Shown in pieces: positions 9,942 through 19,584 of a DNA stretch of 64,000 nt (positions are counted from its first letter, which is position 1; each line of letters opens with the position of its first letter). The position numbers and the translations under genes were made by a program. The notes beneath the pieces were generated by a model. That model saw only the letters and a list, made by a program, of their open reading frames with translations, was not told the origin of the DNA and searched no databases. The stretch covers positions 10,709 to 74,708 of the forward strand of contig NZ_JAJTHI010000045.1 of assembly GCF_021298855.1 (NCBI RefSeq), read 5' to 3'. This DNA comes from Gemmatimonas sp. GTDB taxonomy: Bacteria; Gemmatimonadota; Gemmatimonadetes; Gemmatimonadales; Gemmatimonadaceae.

Positions 9942-10366
9942 CGGCCGTTCATGGCCACGTACACTCCGGCGGGCAGGCACTGCACGAAGCTGAGGGCGCT
10001 CCCGAGGTTGAACAGACCGTCGGAGCTGCCGAACGCATACGGGACCATGGCACCCGTGAGCACGATCGTCTTGGACAGCGCGGCAGCGGCGAGGTACTGC
10101 GCCGTCTCGACCATGGTATCGGTGCCATGCGTGATGAGCAGACGCGACTCGGGCGCGTCGCGGCAGGCCTGCACGATGCGCTGCCGATGCGACTCCTTCA
10201 TTTCGAGGCTGTCGATCATCATGAGCACATCGACCTGCACGTCGAGCATGCACCGCCCGCGCTGCAGCATTTCCGGCAGGTGCGTCTGCTCGAAGTGCAA
10301 CGTGCCGGTCAGCTCGTCGTATTCCTTGTCGAAGGTGCCGCCGGTGACGATGATGCGAACGCTCAT
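9878..10366 (-). CDS. Single-domain L-asparaginase family protein
   Basis: [27 protein letters not shown] motifs; ATGA overlap with trmD stop. Confidence 0.88.
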   Translation of the reverse strand: MSVRIIVTGGTFDKEYDELTGTLHFEQTHLPEMLQRGRCMLDVQVDVLMMIDSLEMKESHRQRIVQACRDAPESRLLITHGTDTMVETAQYLAAAALSKTIVLTGAMVPYAFGSSDGLFNLGSALSFVQCLPAGVYVAMNGRYFTADNVEKNRNVGVFEERR

Positions 10367-11175
10367 GCGTGCCCCTCGTCTCGGGCCCGCGCTCGTGCTC
10401 GCGCCGCCTTGGCGCGCGCCTTTTTCGCCGCCTTCTCGGCGGCCAGCCGCTCCGCTTCGGCCAGGCGGGCGTCGCGGGCCGCGATGTCACGGGCGCGGGC
10501 GGCCCACGCGGCGCCATCGCGCGCTTCGGCCTCTCGCGTGCGACGCAGGCTCTCCGCCTCACGCCACGCGGCGACCCGCGCGTGGTCGCCCCCCAGCAGT
10601 ACGTCCGGCACCGAATGGCCACGGTACTCCGCCGGCCGCGTGTAGCTGGGCGCACTGATGCCGCGATCGAAGAACGAGTCGGTGCGCGCGCTGTCCAGAT
10701 CGCTCATGGCGCCGGGGAGCAGGCGCACGGTGGCGTCCACGATGGCCAGGGCCGCCGGCTCGCCGCCGCTGAGGACGAAATCGCCGAGACTGAGTTCTTC
10801 GGTGGCCAGGTGCGAGGCCACGCGCTCATCGATGTCCTTGTAGTGCCCGCACAGCAGCGTGAGCTCCTGCCCTGCGGCAAAGCGCATGGCATCGGCATGG
10901 GTGAAGCGGCGGCCCCGCGGAGAGAGCAGGACGATGGGCGCCGTGGCCCCGAGGGATTCGACGGCCTCGAAGAACGGCCCCGGCTTCATGACCATGCCAG
11001 GCCCTCCGCCAAATGGATAGTCATCCACGGTGCGATGCCGATCGTGGGTGAAGTCCCGCAGGTTCACCAGCTGGTACGCCACACCGCCCGCCGCAGCGGC
11101 TTTCGCCGGGATGCTCAGGGACAGCGGTCCCGCGAAGAATTCCGGGAAGATCGTGACGATGTTGATGCGCAGCAT
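10363..11175 (-). CDS. trmD: tRNA (guanine-N1)-methyltransferase
   Basis: [40 protein letters not shown]; Ala/Arg/Lys-rich C-terminal tail. Confidence 0.96.
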   Translation of the reverse strand: MLRINIVTIFPEFFAGPLSLSIPAKAAAAGGVAYQLVNLRDFTHDRHRTVDDYPFGGGPGMVMKPGPFFEAVESLGATAPIVLLSPRGRRFTHADAMRFAAGQELTLLCGHYKDIDERVASHLATEELSLGDFVLSGGEPAALAIVDATVRLLPGAMSDLDSARTDSFFDRGISAPSYTRPAEYRGHSVPDVLLGGDHARVAAWREAESLRRTREAEARDGAAWAARARDIAARDARLAEAERLAAEKAAKKARAKAARARARARDEGHA

Positions 11176-11189
11176 CGCAGGCGGCGCGC

Positions 11190-11720
11190 TCAGTCGAAGA
11201 GGCCGTCGAGCGGCGCGAACACGATCGTGCCGGCACTCTCATCGACGGACAGCACCAGGTCATCGTTCCAGGGCACCAGCGGACGGCCGGTCGCCGTTTC
11301 GACTTCGAGGATGTACCCCTGGGGGGCATCGTAGACGTCGCGCACATGCCCCACCAGTCCGCGCCCCTCCACCTCCACCCGCATGCCGATCAGATCGCCC
11401 ACGTAGATCTCGTCGTCGTCGGCCTCGGGGAGCGTGGCGGCGGCGGCCAGCAGGTAGCGCCCGCGCCAGCTGTCGGCCACGTCGCGATCGGTGACTTCCG
11501 TGACGCGAACGAGCCACTCCTTGTTCATGGGGCGCCCATCTTCCACGTGGAGTGGATGCGCCACGGCGTCGGGAGCGAGATTCCCCTCCCGATCCCCCGC
11601 GAAAAGCAACGCGCCGGACGCGAGCATCACGTCCGGCGCACCGCTCAGCGATTCGACGGCCCAGGCGCCGCGCACCCCATGTGCGCGGCGGACCCGACCG
11701 ACGACGATGTACTCGGCCAG
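11190..11720 (-). CDS. rimM: 16S rRNA processing protein RimM (start uncertain, CTG at 11720 proposed)
   Basis: EYIVVGRVRRAHGVRG, YVGDLIGMRV, PRC barrel; lies between rpsP and trmD. Confidence 0.9.
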   Translation of the reverse strand: MAEYIVVGRVRRAHGVRGAWAVESLSGAPDVMLASGALLFAGDREGNLAPDAVAHPLHVEDGRPMNKEWLVRVTEVTDRDVADSWRGRYLLAAAATLPEADDDEIYVGDLIGMRVEVEGRGLVGHVRDVYDAPQGYILEVETATGRPLVPWNDDLVLSVDESAGTIVFAPLDGLFD

Positions 11721-11721
11721 C

Positions 11722-12036
11722 TCAGGCCTCGCCGGAGGGCAGGGCCACGGCGGCCGACTGCAGCTTGGCGGCAAGCCGGGCTTCGTGGCGCGCCTTCAGG
11801 ATGCCGGCGCGACGGATGAGCGAGCGCACCGTGTCCGTGGGCTGCGCGCCCACGTTGAGCCAGTAGTTGACGCGCTCGGTGTCGAGGTTGATGGCGTTCT
11901 CGCCACCACGCGGCTGGTACTGCCCGAGGATTTCAATGAAGCGGCCGTCGCGCGGGCTCTGCGAATCGGCAACGACGATGCGGTACATCGGGGTCTTCTT
12001 CCGGCCTTCGCGGCGGAGACGGATCTTGACGGCCAT
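11722..12036 (-). CDS. rpsP: 30S ribosomal protein S16
   Basis: [48 protein letters not shown]. Confidence 0.98.
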   Translation of the reverse strand: MAVKIRLRREGRKKTPMYRIVVADSQSPRDGRFIEILGQYQPRGGENAINLDTERVNYWLNVGAQPTDTVRSLIRRAGILKARHEARLAAKLQSAAVALPSGEA

Positions 12037-12150
12037 GCGAATCTCTCGGGGAGTGTGTGCAGCTGGGCAGCGTGGCGCTGCCCCGGGCTCCTCGCATCGC
12101 CGGCGTTTCCGGCGTGCACCCGTCCCGGGCAAAAACCCGGGTAGCCTTGA

Positions 12151-12180
12151 AATGTAGCCGGTCGGCGGAGCGGTATTCAA
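12151..12180 (-). promoter_or_regulatory. Sigma70-like promoter of the rpsP operon
   Basis: Minus strand TTGAAT-N18-TACATT. Confidence 0.65.
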
Positions 12181-12311
12181 CCCGGCCAGCCAGCCGGTGG
12201 GCTCAGGGGCGCCTGGCCCGCGGGAACTGGGGCGGTCCGGCAGCACAGCGGGGGCCCCCGGCGTAGTCTGTTCACACCGTTGCTCCCTCCTGCGGCCACC
12301 TGCCCTGCCCC

Positions 12312-14051
12312 ATGTCCGTCATCCCTCGCCTCTCGCGCACGCTCCGCGGCGCCGCCTTCCTCGCGTCGTTTGCCCCCGGGCTCGTTGCCACCCCGGCGCG
12401 GGCCCAGAGCGCGCCCAAGCCCGCCACCCCCGCCGAGGGGGCCAAGGGCATGGTCGTGTCGGCCAGCGCCATTGCCAGTCAGGTGGGGCGCGAGGTGTTG
12501 GCCAACGGCGGGAACGCCGTGGATGCGGCCATCGCCACCGGCTTCGCCCTTGCCGTGACCTACCCCACGGCCGGCAACATTGGCGGTGGGGGATTCATGG
12601 TCATTCGCTTCCCAGACGGGCGCGCGACCACCATCGACTTCCGCGAGCGGGCGCCCGCGGCGGCGACACCCACGATGTTCACCGACAGCACCGGCGCCTA
12701 TTCCGCGCGCATCCATCACGGGTCGCACAAAGCGGTTGGCGTGCCGGGCACGGTGGCCGGCTTCGATCTCGCGCATCAGAAGTACGGCAAGGTGAGCTGG
12801 GCCAAGCTCGTCGAGCCGGCCGCACGCATGGCGGACACGGGGTTCATTGTGCCCACCGGTCTGGCCGCGTCGCTCGGCAACCCCCGGCTGCAGGACCGAC
12901 TGGCGGCGTATCCCGCGACCATCGCGGCGTACTATCGCGACGGCAAGCCGTACGCCGCCGGCGACCGCATGCGGCTGTCTGATTTGGGCAATACCTTGGG
13001 GCGCATTCGCGACCTGCGGCGCGATGGCTTCTACAAGGGCACGACGGCGCACCTCATCGTGGCCGAAATGAAGAAGCACGGCGGGCTGATTTCGGAGCAG
13101 GATCTCGCCGCCTACGAGGCGCGGGAGCGGGCCCCCGTTCGCGGGACGTTCATGGGCTACGACATCATCACCATGCCTCCGCCAAGCAGCGGTGGGGTGG
13201 CCATGGTGGAGATGCTGAACATCCTCGAGGGCTTCGACCTCAAGGCTGCCGGGCACAATTCGCCCCAGTATGTCCACCTGCTCGCCGAGAGCATGCGGCG
13301 CGCGTATCGCGACCGCGCGGTCCACCTGGGCGATCCGGATTTCACCAAGCCCCCCGTGGAGCGACTCACCAGCAAGGCCTATGCAAACACCCTGCGGGCG
13401 GGCATCGACCTGTCGAAGGCCTCGCCGTCGTCACCGGCCGACGTGAGCCAGGGCTACGAGAGCGACGAAACCACCCACTACTCTGTGGTGGACAAGGATG
13501 GCGTGGCGGTGTCGGTGACCTACACGCTTGAAGCCGGCTACGGCCTGGGCGCAGTCGTGGAGGGCGCGGGCTTCCTGCTCAACAACGAAATGGGCGACTT
13601 CAACGGCAAGCCGGGACTCACCGACAGCACCGGCCTGATCGGCACCGCGCCCAACGTGGCCCAGCCAGGCAAGCGCATGCTGTCGAGCATGACCCCCACC
13701 ATTGTCGCGAAGAACGGCAAGCTGGTGGCGGTGGTGGGCAGCCCGGGCGGGCGCACCATCATCAATACGGTCATGCAGGTCGTGCTCAACGTGGTGGCAT
13801 TCGACATGCCCATCCAGCAGGCGGTGAACGCGCCACGCCTGCATCATCAGTGGCTGCCCAACGCCATCACCGTGGAGCGTGACGGCTTCCCGGCCTCCAC
13901 CCTCGACGCGCTGCGGGCCAAGGGGCACATGGTGCGGATCGGCAGCCAGCAGGGGACGGCGCATTCCATTGCCATCGATCCGCGCACGGGGGCTCGCCTT
14001 GGCGCTGCGGATCCCCGTGATCGCGACGCGGGGGCCGCCGGGCATCACTGA
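12312..14051 (+). CDS. ggt: Gamma-glutamyltransferase (secreted)
   Basis: [34 protein letters not shown] (catalytic Thr), [22 protein letters not shown]. Confidence 0.96.
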   Translation: MSVIPRLSRTLRGAAFLASFAPGLVATPARAQSAPKPATPAEGAKGMVVSASAIASQVGREVLANGGNAVDAAIATGFALAVTYPTAGNIGGGGFMVIRFPDGRATTIDFRERAPAAATPTMFTDSTGAYSARIHHGSHKAVGVPGTVAGFDLAHQKYGKVSWAKLVEPAARMADTGFIVPTGLAASLGNPRLQDRLAAYPATIAAYYRDGKPYAAGDRMRLSDLGNTLGRIRDLRRDGFYKGTTAHLIVAEMKKHGGLISEQDLAAYEARERAPVRGTFMGYDIITMPPPSSGGVAMVEMLNILEGFDLKAAGHNSPQYVHLLAESMRRAYRDRAVHLGDPDFTKPPVERLTSKAYANTLRAGIDLSKASPSSPADVSQGYESDETTHYSVVDKDGVAVSVTYTLEAGYGLGAVVEGAGFLLNNEMGDFNGKPGLTDSTGLIGTAPNVAQPGKRMLSSMTPTIVAKNGKLVAVVGSPGGRTIINTVMQVVLNVVAFDMPIQQAVNAPRLHHQWLPNAITVERDGFPASTLDALRAKGHMVRIGSQQGTAHSIAIDPRTGARLGAADPRDRDAGAAGHH

Positions 14052-14059
14052 GCTGCCAT

Positions 14060-14163
14060 ACCCGGAACGCGAAACACGCCACCCGAAACTCCCGGTGGAT
14101 CGAGAAGAACTCGATCTCGACGGGGAGTTTCGGGTGGCGTGTTTCGTGTCGCGAGTTGCGGAT
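14060..14163. repeat. Long palindrome built from degenerate heptamers; probable bidirectional terminator
   Basis: Perfect 24-bp arms 14070-14093 and 14123-14146, inner GATCGAG/CTCGATC stem; 5+6 ACNCGNN-type heptamers in inverted orientation; lies between convergent genes. Confidence 0.8.
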
Positions 14164-14166
14164 TAC

Positions 14167-14748
14167 TTACTTGACCGCAAAGCCCGCGACGGCCTTGTAG
14201 GTGTCCCACATCACGATGATCTCCCCGCCCTTGCCGGCGGGCTTGACCTGAATCTCCATCTTCTCGACGACCGCGTTCTTGTCGGTGACCGTCATGGGGA
14301 TGCGCACGAGGTCCTGCGCCTTGTCGTACGCGGTGCCCCACTGCTTGGTCTGCTTGTTCACGATCAGCTCCCACTTGCCGTTCGCTTCGAGCTGCGTGAA
14401 CAGCGTGTAGGTGCCGGCCGGCACGGACTTGCCGCCGAAGTCCAGCGCCTTGCTGGTGGTGAAGTGCGTAGCTTCGTTGGCGCCCGTGCGCCACACCATG
14501 CCCCACTTCATGTCGTTCAGGCCGTTGAAGATCACGCGGCCACGCTTCGACGGGCGGCCGTAGTTGACCTTGATCTCGGCACCCGAGACGCTGGCCGTCA
14601 GCGAGTCACGCGGTGACGCGGGGGCCTGACCGCGGCCACCGCCCATCTGCATGCCACCCATGCCGCCCTGCGCGGTGGCCGACACGGAGAACACCGAAAC
14701 AGCAGCGAGCGCAAAGGCACCGCGGACCAACGAGCGAGAGATCGTCAT
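14167..14748 (-). CDS. DUF2911 domain secreted protein
   Basis: ASPRDS..IKVNYGRPSKRGRVIF..WRTGANEAT..PAGTYTLF..QWGT. Confidence 0.88.
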   Translation of the reverse strand: MTISRSLVRGAFALAAVSVFSVSATAQGGMGGMQMGGGRGQAPASPRDSLTASVSGAEIKVNYGRPSKRGRVIFNGLNDMKWGMVWRTGANEATHFTTSKALDFGGKSVPAGTYTLFTQLEANGKWELIVNKQTKQWGTAYDKAQDLVRIPMTVTDKNAVVEKMEIQVKPAGKGGEIIVMWDTYKAVAGFAVK

Positions 14749-14777
14749 GGCAGGAATGGTGAGGTAGAGGAAAGACG

Positions 14778-14807
14778 TCAGGCGGCACCCACCGGGGTGC
14801 CGCCTGA
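14778..14807 (-). terminator. Stem-loop between terB-like gene and DUF2911 gene
   Basis: Perfect 13-bp stem TCAGGCGGCACCC/GGGTGCCGCCTGA, 4-nt loop, weak U-tract. Confidence 0.6.
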
Positions 14808-14851
14808 ATGTTATCACCGTCGCCCAGTGGGTTGTTCCCCGCGCCCCGCCG

Positions 14852-15301
14852 CTACTCGGCCGACCGCCGGGCCTGCGAAAGGAAGGCCGGCTCCAACTCC
14901 AGCAGATTGGCCAACTTGCGAATGAGGTAGGCCTCCTGCTCGTCGAAGTGCCCGTCGGCCAGCACCACCTGCCACATCAGCTCCGCCAGCACGATGCGCT
15001 GGGCCAGACTGTACTCCTTGACCACCTGACGGGTGAAGACGAAGTGGTCGACGGCGTCCCGGTTTGCGGCCGCCGCCTCCGCAAGCAGCTCGCGCGCTCC
15101 CGCCTCATCAACCCCGAAGTGCCGCTGCAGGCTCTCCATGATGCGATGCTGCTCGGCATCGCTGAAGGTGCCGTCGGCGCACGAGAGCTCCACCAGCAGG
15201 GCGCAGGCGGCAATGCGCACATCGTGCGGGTACACCCGCGAGTGCGCCCCCGGGGTTCCGGGGACGCTGTCGCTCACCAACCGTCGAAGGGCATCGAACA
15301 T
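14852..15301 (-). CDS. TerB family (tellurite resistance / co-chaperone-like) protein
   Basis: AACALLVELSCADGTFSDAE..LWQVVLADGHF-like motif (MWQVVLADGHFDEQEAYLIRKLANLL). Confidence 0.85.
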   Translation of the reverse strand: MFDALRRLVSDSVPGTPGAHSRVYPHDVRIAACALLVELSCADGTFSDAEQHRIMESLQRHFGVDEAGARELLAEAAAANRDAVDHFVFTRQVVKEYSLAQRIVLAELMWQVVLADGHFDEQEAYLIRKLANLLELEPAFLSQARRSAE

Positions 15302-15317
15302 GTGAGGGTCCGTTGCC

Positions 15318-18300
15318 TTACATGCGGCGCTGCGGACCGATGGCCCGGTCCAGCTTGGCCTTGGCCGCTTCCAGCTCCTTCCGCAGGAAGGCGTACCGAT
15401 CGATGGCATCCTGGCCAACCTTCTGATCGGCCCGCGCCGTCATGCCGGCGAGATACGTGATATGCGCCTGCAGGCCGGGCTTGCCGTAGCGGATCGGCTG
15501 GGTGTTGAGCGTCTCGCTTACCTCTTTGACCTGCTTCGCCGTATCGGCCGCGGCCCCAGTGGCCCCCTTGTAGCGGGTCTCCGCCGCGCGGACACGGGCC
15601 AACAGGGCATTCACGTCCGCCACCATCTCGCGCAGCTTCACGTTGTGCGCGAACTGCGCCTGCAGGTCGGCTTCGGTGGTGCCGTCGGCCGCCAGTCGCG
15701 GATCAATGCGCACGCGGAGCGGCACCGACTGGGTGTCATTGCCCACGGTGAGGCGGGCCGTGTACTGCCCCGGCGGTGCGCCAAGCCCGTTCTGATGCTG
15801 CACGTTCCACACGAACCGGTTGAGCCCCGCGTTCTTCGTCACGAGGTTCATCGTCGGTCCGGCCGCCATCGCGGGTGCCCGACCGCCACGCCCCGCCATC
15901 ATCGACTCGTCGGGATCATCCTCTTCGCCGCCGCGCCGACGGGGCGGCTGAATGGGCGCCACACCGCTCTTGAAGCTGTTCACCACCTTGCCCGCTGCGT
16001 CCACGATCTCGATGCGCACCGTATCGGCGGGCGCCGTGGGCAGGTAGTAGTCGATGGTGGGGCCCAGGATCGACTGCCCCGTCGTGGTGCGATAGCCGTC
16101 GCGGGGACGGAACACGGTGTGCGAGGCGCTGGTCGTGGTGGGGCCCAGCTGCTGCAGCGGCGCGATGTTGTCGAGAATCCACGCCGCCCGTCCCTGCGTG
16201 GCGATCACGAGATCACCGCGATGCACGCGGATGTCGTTGATGGGGATGATGGGCATGTTCAGGTTGAACGGCTGCCAGTGCCCGCCGTTGTCGAACGAGA
16301 TGTACAGCCCGAACTCCGTGCCGGCGTAGAGCAGCCCTTCGCGCACGGGATCCTCACGCACCACGCGCACCGGCACGTCCGCGGCGATACCGTTGGTGCC
16401 GTCGGTGAGCAACTTCCAGGTCTTGCCGTAGTCGTTGGTGAGGTAGATGTACGGCTTGTAGTCGCCCAGCAGATAGCGGTACGTGGCGAAGTAGGCGGAG
16501 CCCTTTCGATGCGGCGACGCATCGATCCACGCCACGCGCCCGCCCTCACCAAGCCCCTTGGGCGTGATGCGCGTCCAGCTCTTGCCGTCGTCGCGCGTGA
16601 CGGAGAACGGGCCGTCGTTGGAGCCGGTCCAGATCACGCCCTTCTCCAGCGGCGACTCGGCGATGGCGTACAACGTGCTGTAGAACTCCTCACCGGTGAC
16701 GTCGCGCGTGATGGGCTCGCCGCTGCCCCCCTGGCAGCACTTGGGGAAGGCGGTGAGGTCGGGCGAAATCTTCTCCCAGTTCGCCCCGTTGTTGCGCGAC
16801 CGGTGCAGATACTGCGACCCGTAGTAGATGACCTTGGGATCGTGCGGCGACGTCGCCATGGGCGTCGTGCGCTGCATGCGGAAGATGAGATCGCCGCCGT
16901 CATTGCCGTAGAGTGACTGCGCACCGATCCAGTAGTTCTTGGTGACGCCGGCCTTCACGTTCATCACGGCGTACTGCCCCTTGCAGTTGCCGTGGATGAT
17001 GTTCTCGTCGGACGGGTGCGGAATGATGGGCCCCGTTTCGCAGCCCGGGCCCACGCGCACGGCGCCCATGTTGAACGGGTTGTTGAGACTCGGCACGATG
17101 TACGTGCTGTTGTCCTGCTGCGCCATGTACAGGTTGTACGGGAAGGCATTGTCGAGCCAGACGCCGTAGAACTCGGCCGTGGGCTGGATATCCTGCGAGC
17201 TCCACGTCTTGCCGCCGTCGAACGAGACGTTCGCGCCGCCGTCGTTCGACTGCACCATCGTGTTGCCGTCCTTCGGGTTGATCCAGATGTCGTGATTGTC
17301 ACCGTGCGGCGTGCGGAACGGCGTGACCGTCTTGCCGCCGTCGGTGCTCTTGTAGAAGGTCTCGGCCCCGCCGTACACCACGTCGGCGTTGGTCGGGTCG
17401 GCCCCGAGCGACGTGTAGTAGAAGGGACGCGTGATGAGCCCCGGCGTGCTGTTCACCAGCTGCCAGTTCTCACCGGCATCGTCACTGCGATAGAGCCCAC
17501 CCCCCGGCAGCGCCTCGACCAGCGCATACAGCCGGTTGGGGTTGGCCGCCGTCACGGCCACGTTGCCCTTGCCGATGAGCTGATTGGGCAGGCCGGTGGT
17601 CTGGATGCGCTTCCAGGTCTCGCCGCCGTCGGTGCTCTTGTAGAAGCCACCCTCGCGCGAACCGGAGATGATGCTCCATGGCTTGCGCTCGATGCGGTTC
17701 ATCCACGCGAACACCACGTTCGGATTGCCGGGCTGCAGCTCCACGTCCATGGCGCCCGTGCTGTCGCTCACGTACAGCGTCTTCTTCCACGACTTGCCGC
17801 CGTCGGTGGTCTTGAAGATGCCGCGCTCGGTGTTGGGCTTGAAGATGTCGCCGTAGGCCGCCACCCACGCCACGTCGGGGTTGGTGGGGTGCACACGCAC
17901 CGCGCCGATCTGGCCGGCGTTGTAGAGGCCCTTGAACTCCCAGGTGGCGCCGGCATCGGAGGAGCGATACACGCCGCGCCCGGTGGACACGTTCGAGCGC
18001 ACCCCGTCGGAACCGGTCCCCAGCCAGATCACCTTGGGGTCGCTGTCGGCCACCACCACGGAGCCCATCGACCCGACCGGCACCTTGCCATCGGTAATGG
18101 GCTCCCAGCTCTCGCCGCCATTGGTGGTGCGCCAGAGTCCGCCGCTGGCCACCCCCATGTAGAACGTCTTCGGTTGCGACGGCACGCCGGTGACCGTGGT
18201 GACGCGGCCGCCGCGGGAATGCCCCACGAGGCGATACTGCATGCCGCGGAAGAGCGCCGGATCGACCGACGCCATGAGGGGGGCCTTGGGGGCGGTGGCA

Positions 18301-18407
18301 GCGCGGGCGGTTGCCGGTCGGGCCGCCGGCTTGGCGGGCTGAGCGCCGGCGAAGGCGGGGGCCACGCCAAGCAAGGCAAGGAGGACCGGAGCGGGACGGC
18401 GAATCAT
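15318..18407 (-). CDS. Second VPS10/BNR-repeat glycosyl-hydrolase-like secreted protein (1029 aa)
   Basis: Signal peptide, YRLVGHSRGGR, Asp-box repeats (RTTNGG, KTTDGG, KSTDGG). Confidence 0.85.
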   Translation of the reverse strand: MIRRPAPVLLALLGVAPAFAGAQPAKPAARPATARAATAPKAPLMASVDPALFRGMQYRLVGHSRGGRVTTVTGVPSQPKTFYMGVASGGLWRTTNGGESWEPITDGKVPVGSMGSVVVADSDPKVIWLGTGSDGVRSNVSTGRGVYRSSDAGATWEFKGLYNAGQIGAVRVHPTNPDVAWVAAYGDIFKPNTERGIFKTTDGGKSWKKTLYVSDSTGAMDVELQPGNPNVVFAWMNRIERKPWSIISGSREGGFYKSTDGGETWKRIQTTGLPNQLIGKGNVAVTAANPNRLYALVEALPGGGLYRSDDAGENWQLVNSTPGLITRPFYYTSLGADPTNADVVYGGAETFYKSTDGGKTVTPFRTPHGDNHDIWINPKDGNTMVQSNDGGANVSFDGGKTWSSQDIQPTAEFYGVWLDNAFPYNLYMAQQDNSTYIVPSLNNPFNMGAVRVGPGCETGPIIPHPSDENIIHGNCKGQYAVMNVKAGVTKNYWIGAQSLYGNDGGDLIFRMQRTTPMATSPHDPKVIYYGSQYLHRSRNNGANWEKISPDLTAFPKCCQGGSGEPITRDVTGEEFYSTLYAIAESPLEKGVIWTGSNDGPFSVTRDDGKSWTRITPKGLGEGGRVAWIDASPHRKGSAYFATYRYLLGDYKPYIYLTNDYGKTWKLLTDGTNGIAADVPVRVVREDPVREGLLYAGTEFGLYISFDNGGHWQPFNLNMPIIPINDIRVHRGDLVIATQGRAAWILDNIAPLQQLGPTTTSASHTVFRPRDGYRTTTGQSILGPTIDYYLPTAPADTVRIEIVDAAGKVVNSFKSGVAPIQPPRRRGGEEDDPDESMMAGRGGRAPAMAAGPTMNLVTKNAGLNRFVWNVQHQNGLGAPPGQYTARLTVGNDTQSVPLRVRIDPRLAADGTTEADLQAQFAHNVKLREMVADVNALLARVRAAETRYKGATGAAADTAKQVKEVSETLNTQPIRYGKPGLQAHITYLAGMTARADQKVGQDAIDRYAFLRKELEAAKAKLDRAIGPQRRM

Positions 18408-18534
18408 GCGTCGAGGCGGTTGAGGGAGGGGCCGGCCAGGGCGCCGGACACTGATAAGCTACGCCCGATTCCGCCCTGCGTTGAGCGCGGCGCCGCAGGC
18501 CGCCGCCGGTCGCGGTCGGGGGCCGCGTGGGCGC

Positions 18535-19542
18535 CTAGCGGGCGATCACCCCCGCACGAATGCCGGTGGCGAGGTCGAACACTTGCCCCACCGCCCCCAC
18601 GACACAGTGTGCCCGGTCGAGTCCGAGCGACTGCCGGAACCGGTAGACCGTCTCGACGCCAGTGCAGTGGGCGCCGATCAGATGGCGTACCCCGAAGCCA
18701 CGCAGCTTCTGCTCCGTCCACGCCAGCGTCTGCTCGGACGCGTTGAAGAGGTGGATACCGCCGATGAGGGCGTGAACCGGCGCCGGGCGAACCACCTCGC
18801 GCGCGTATTCGATGATGTTCACCACACCGGCGTGCCCGCAGCCGGTGAGCACCACGAGGCCCTGGTCGGTGTCGACGATCATGGCCATGTCGTCGGGGAC
18901 GGTATCCTCCGCCAACTGCCCCCCGCGTTGCACGCGGGTCGGCCGCGCACCGACGCTCCAGTTGCGCTCCGGGTTTCGGCGCGGCACGGGACCCGTGAGC
19001 CACACGCCCGGGTGGATCTGCGTGGGCGCCCCGTGCACCACGAACGCGCCGCCGGCCGCCTCGTACTGCGGTCGCACGCGGTTCATCTCGTTGTAGTCGG
19101 TGGGGTCGCCGTCACGTACGCGCGGTGCGAAGATCCCCTCGGCCACGTGGGCCCGCGCCAGCGCCATCGGCTGTCGGGGGGCCACGTCGCGCCGCAGGGC
19201 CACGAGCCCGCTCGTATGGTCGGCGTGGAAGTGACTCAGCACCACCTCGGGCACCGTGTCGAGCGACACCTTCAGCTCCCGCGCGTTGCGCGCCACTACA
19301 TCGTCGTGCGCGCCGGTGTCGAACAGGAGGCGGCGGCCATCCACCTCCACGAGTGCCCCGAACCCCCACTCGCCGATCCCCTCGTCGGCCAGCATGGTGG
19401 AGAGAATGGTGATGCGCAGCTGACCCACCCTGCGGCGCGCGGGCCGGTGTGGCGCGGCGGCACTCGCCAGGCGGGTGGACGCAAACGGCAGCACCAGGCC
19501 GGCGAGGGTGAGGTGACGCAGAACGTCTCGGCGTGAGGTCAT
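18535..19542 (-). CDS. Tat-exported metallo-beta-lactamase fold hydrolase
   Basis: SRRDVL twin-arginine signal; GEWGFGALVE, LFDTG, LSHFHADHTSGL, LTGCGHAG, HCTG. Confidence 0.85.
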   Translation of the reverse strand: MTSRRDVLRHLTLAGLVLPFASTRLASAAAPHRPARRRVGQLRITILSTMLADEGIGEWGFGALVEVDGRRLLFDTGAHDDVVARNARELKVSLDTVPEVVLSHFHADHTSGLVALRRDVAPRQPMALARAHVAEGIFAPRVRDGDPTDYNEMNRVRPQYEAAGGAFVVHGAPTQIHPGVWLTGPVPRRNPERNWSVGARPTRVQRGGQLAEDTVPDDMAMIVDTDQGLVVLTGCGHAGVVNIIEYAREVVRPAPVHALIGGIHLFNASEQTLAWTEQKLRGFGVRHLIGAHCTGVETVYRFRQSLGLDRAHCVVGAVGQVFDLATGIRAGVIAR

Positions 19543-19584
19543 GGTGACGGAAGTTCGGGTTGAGGGGCTACGCGGGGGCGCGGG

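Noticed and set aside
10363-10560. Ala/Arg/Lys-rich TrmD tail as a separate domain or repeat
   Set aside because: Low-complexity helical extension with no repeat unit or motif
8208-10655. 815-aa ORF suggesting an N-terminally extended icd
   Set aside because: Upstream part is off-frame trmD/asparaginase and intergenic sequence; icd begins MAKIK at 9425
14060-14163. Palindrome as a CRISPR repeat or RNA gene
   Set aside because: Single unit, no spacers, no cas genes, no tRNA/SRP/tmRNA motifs
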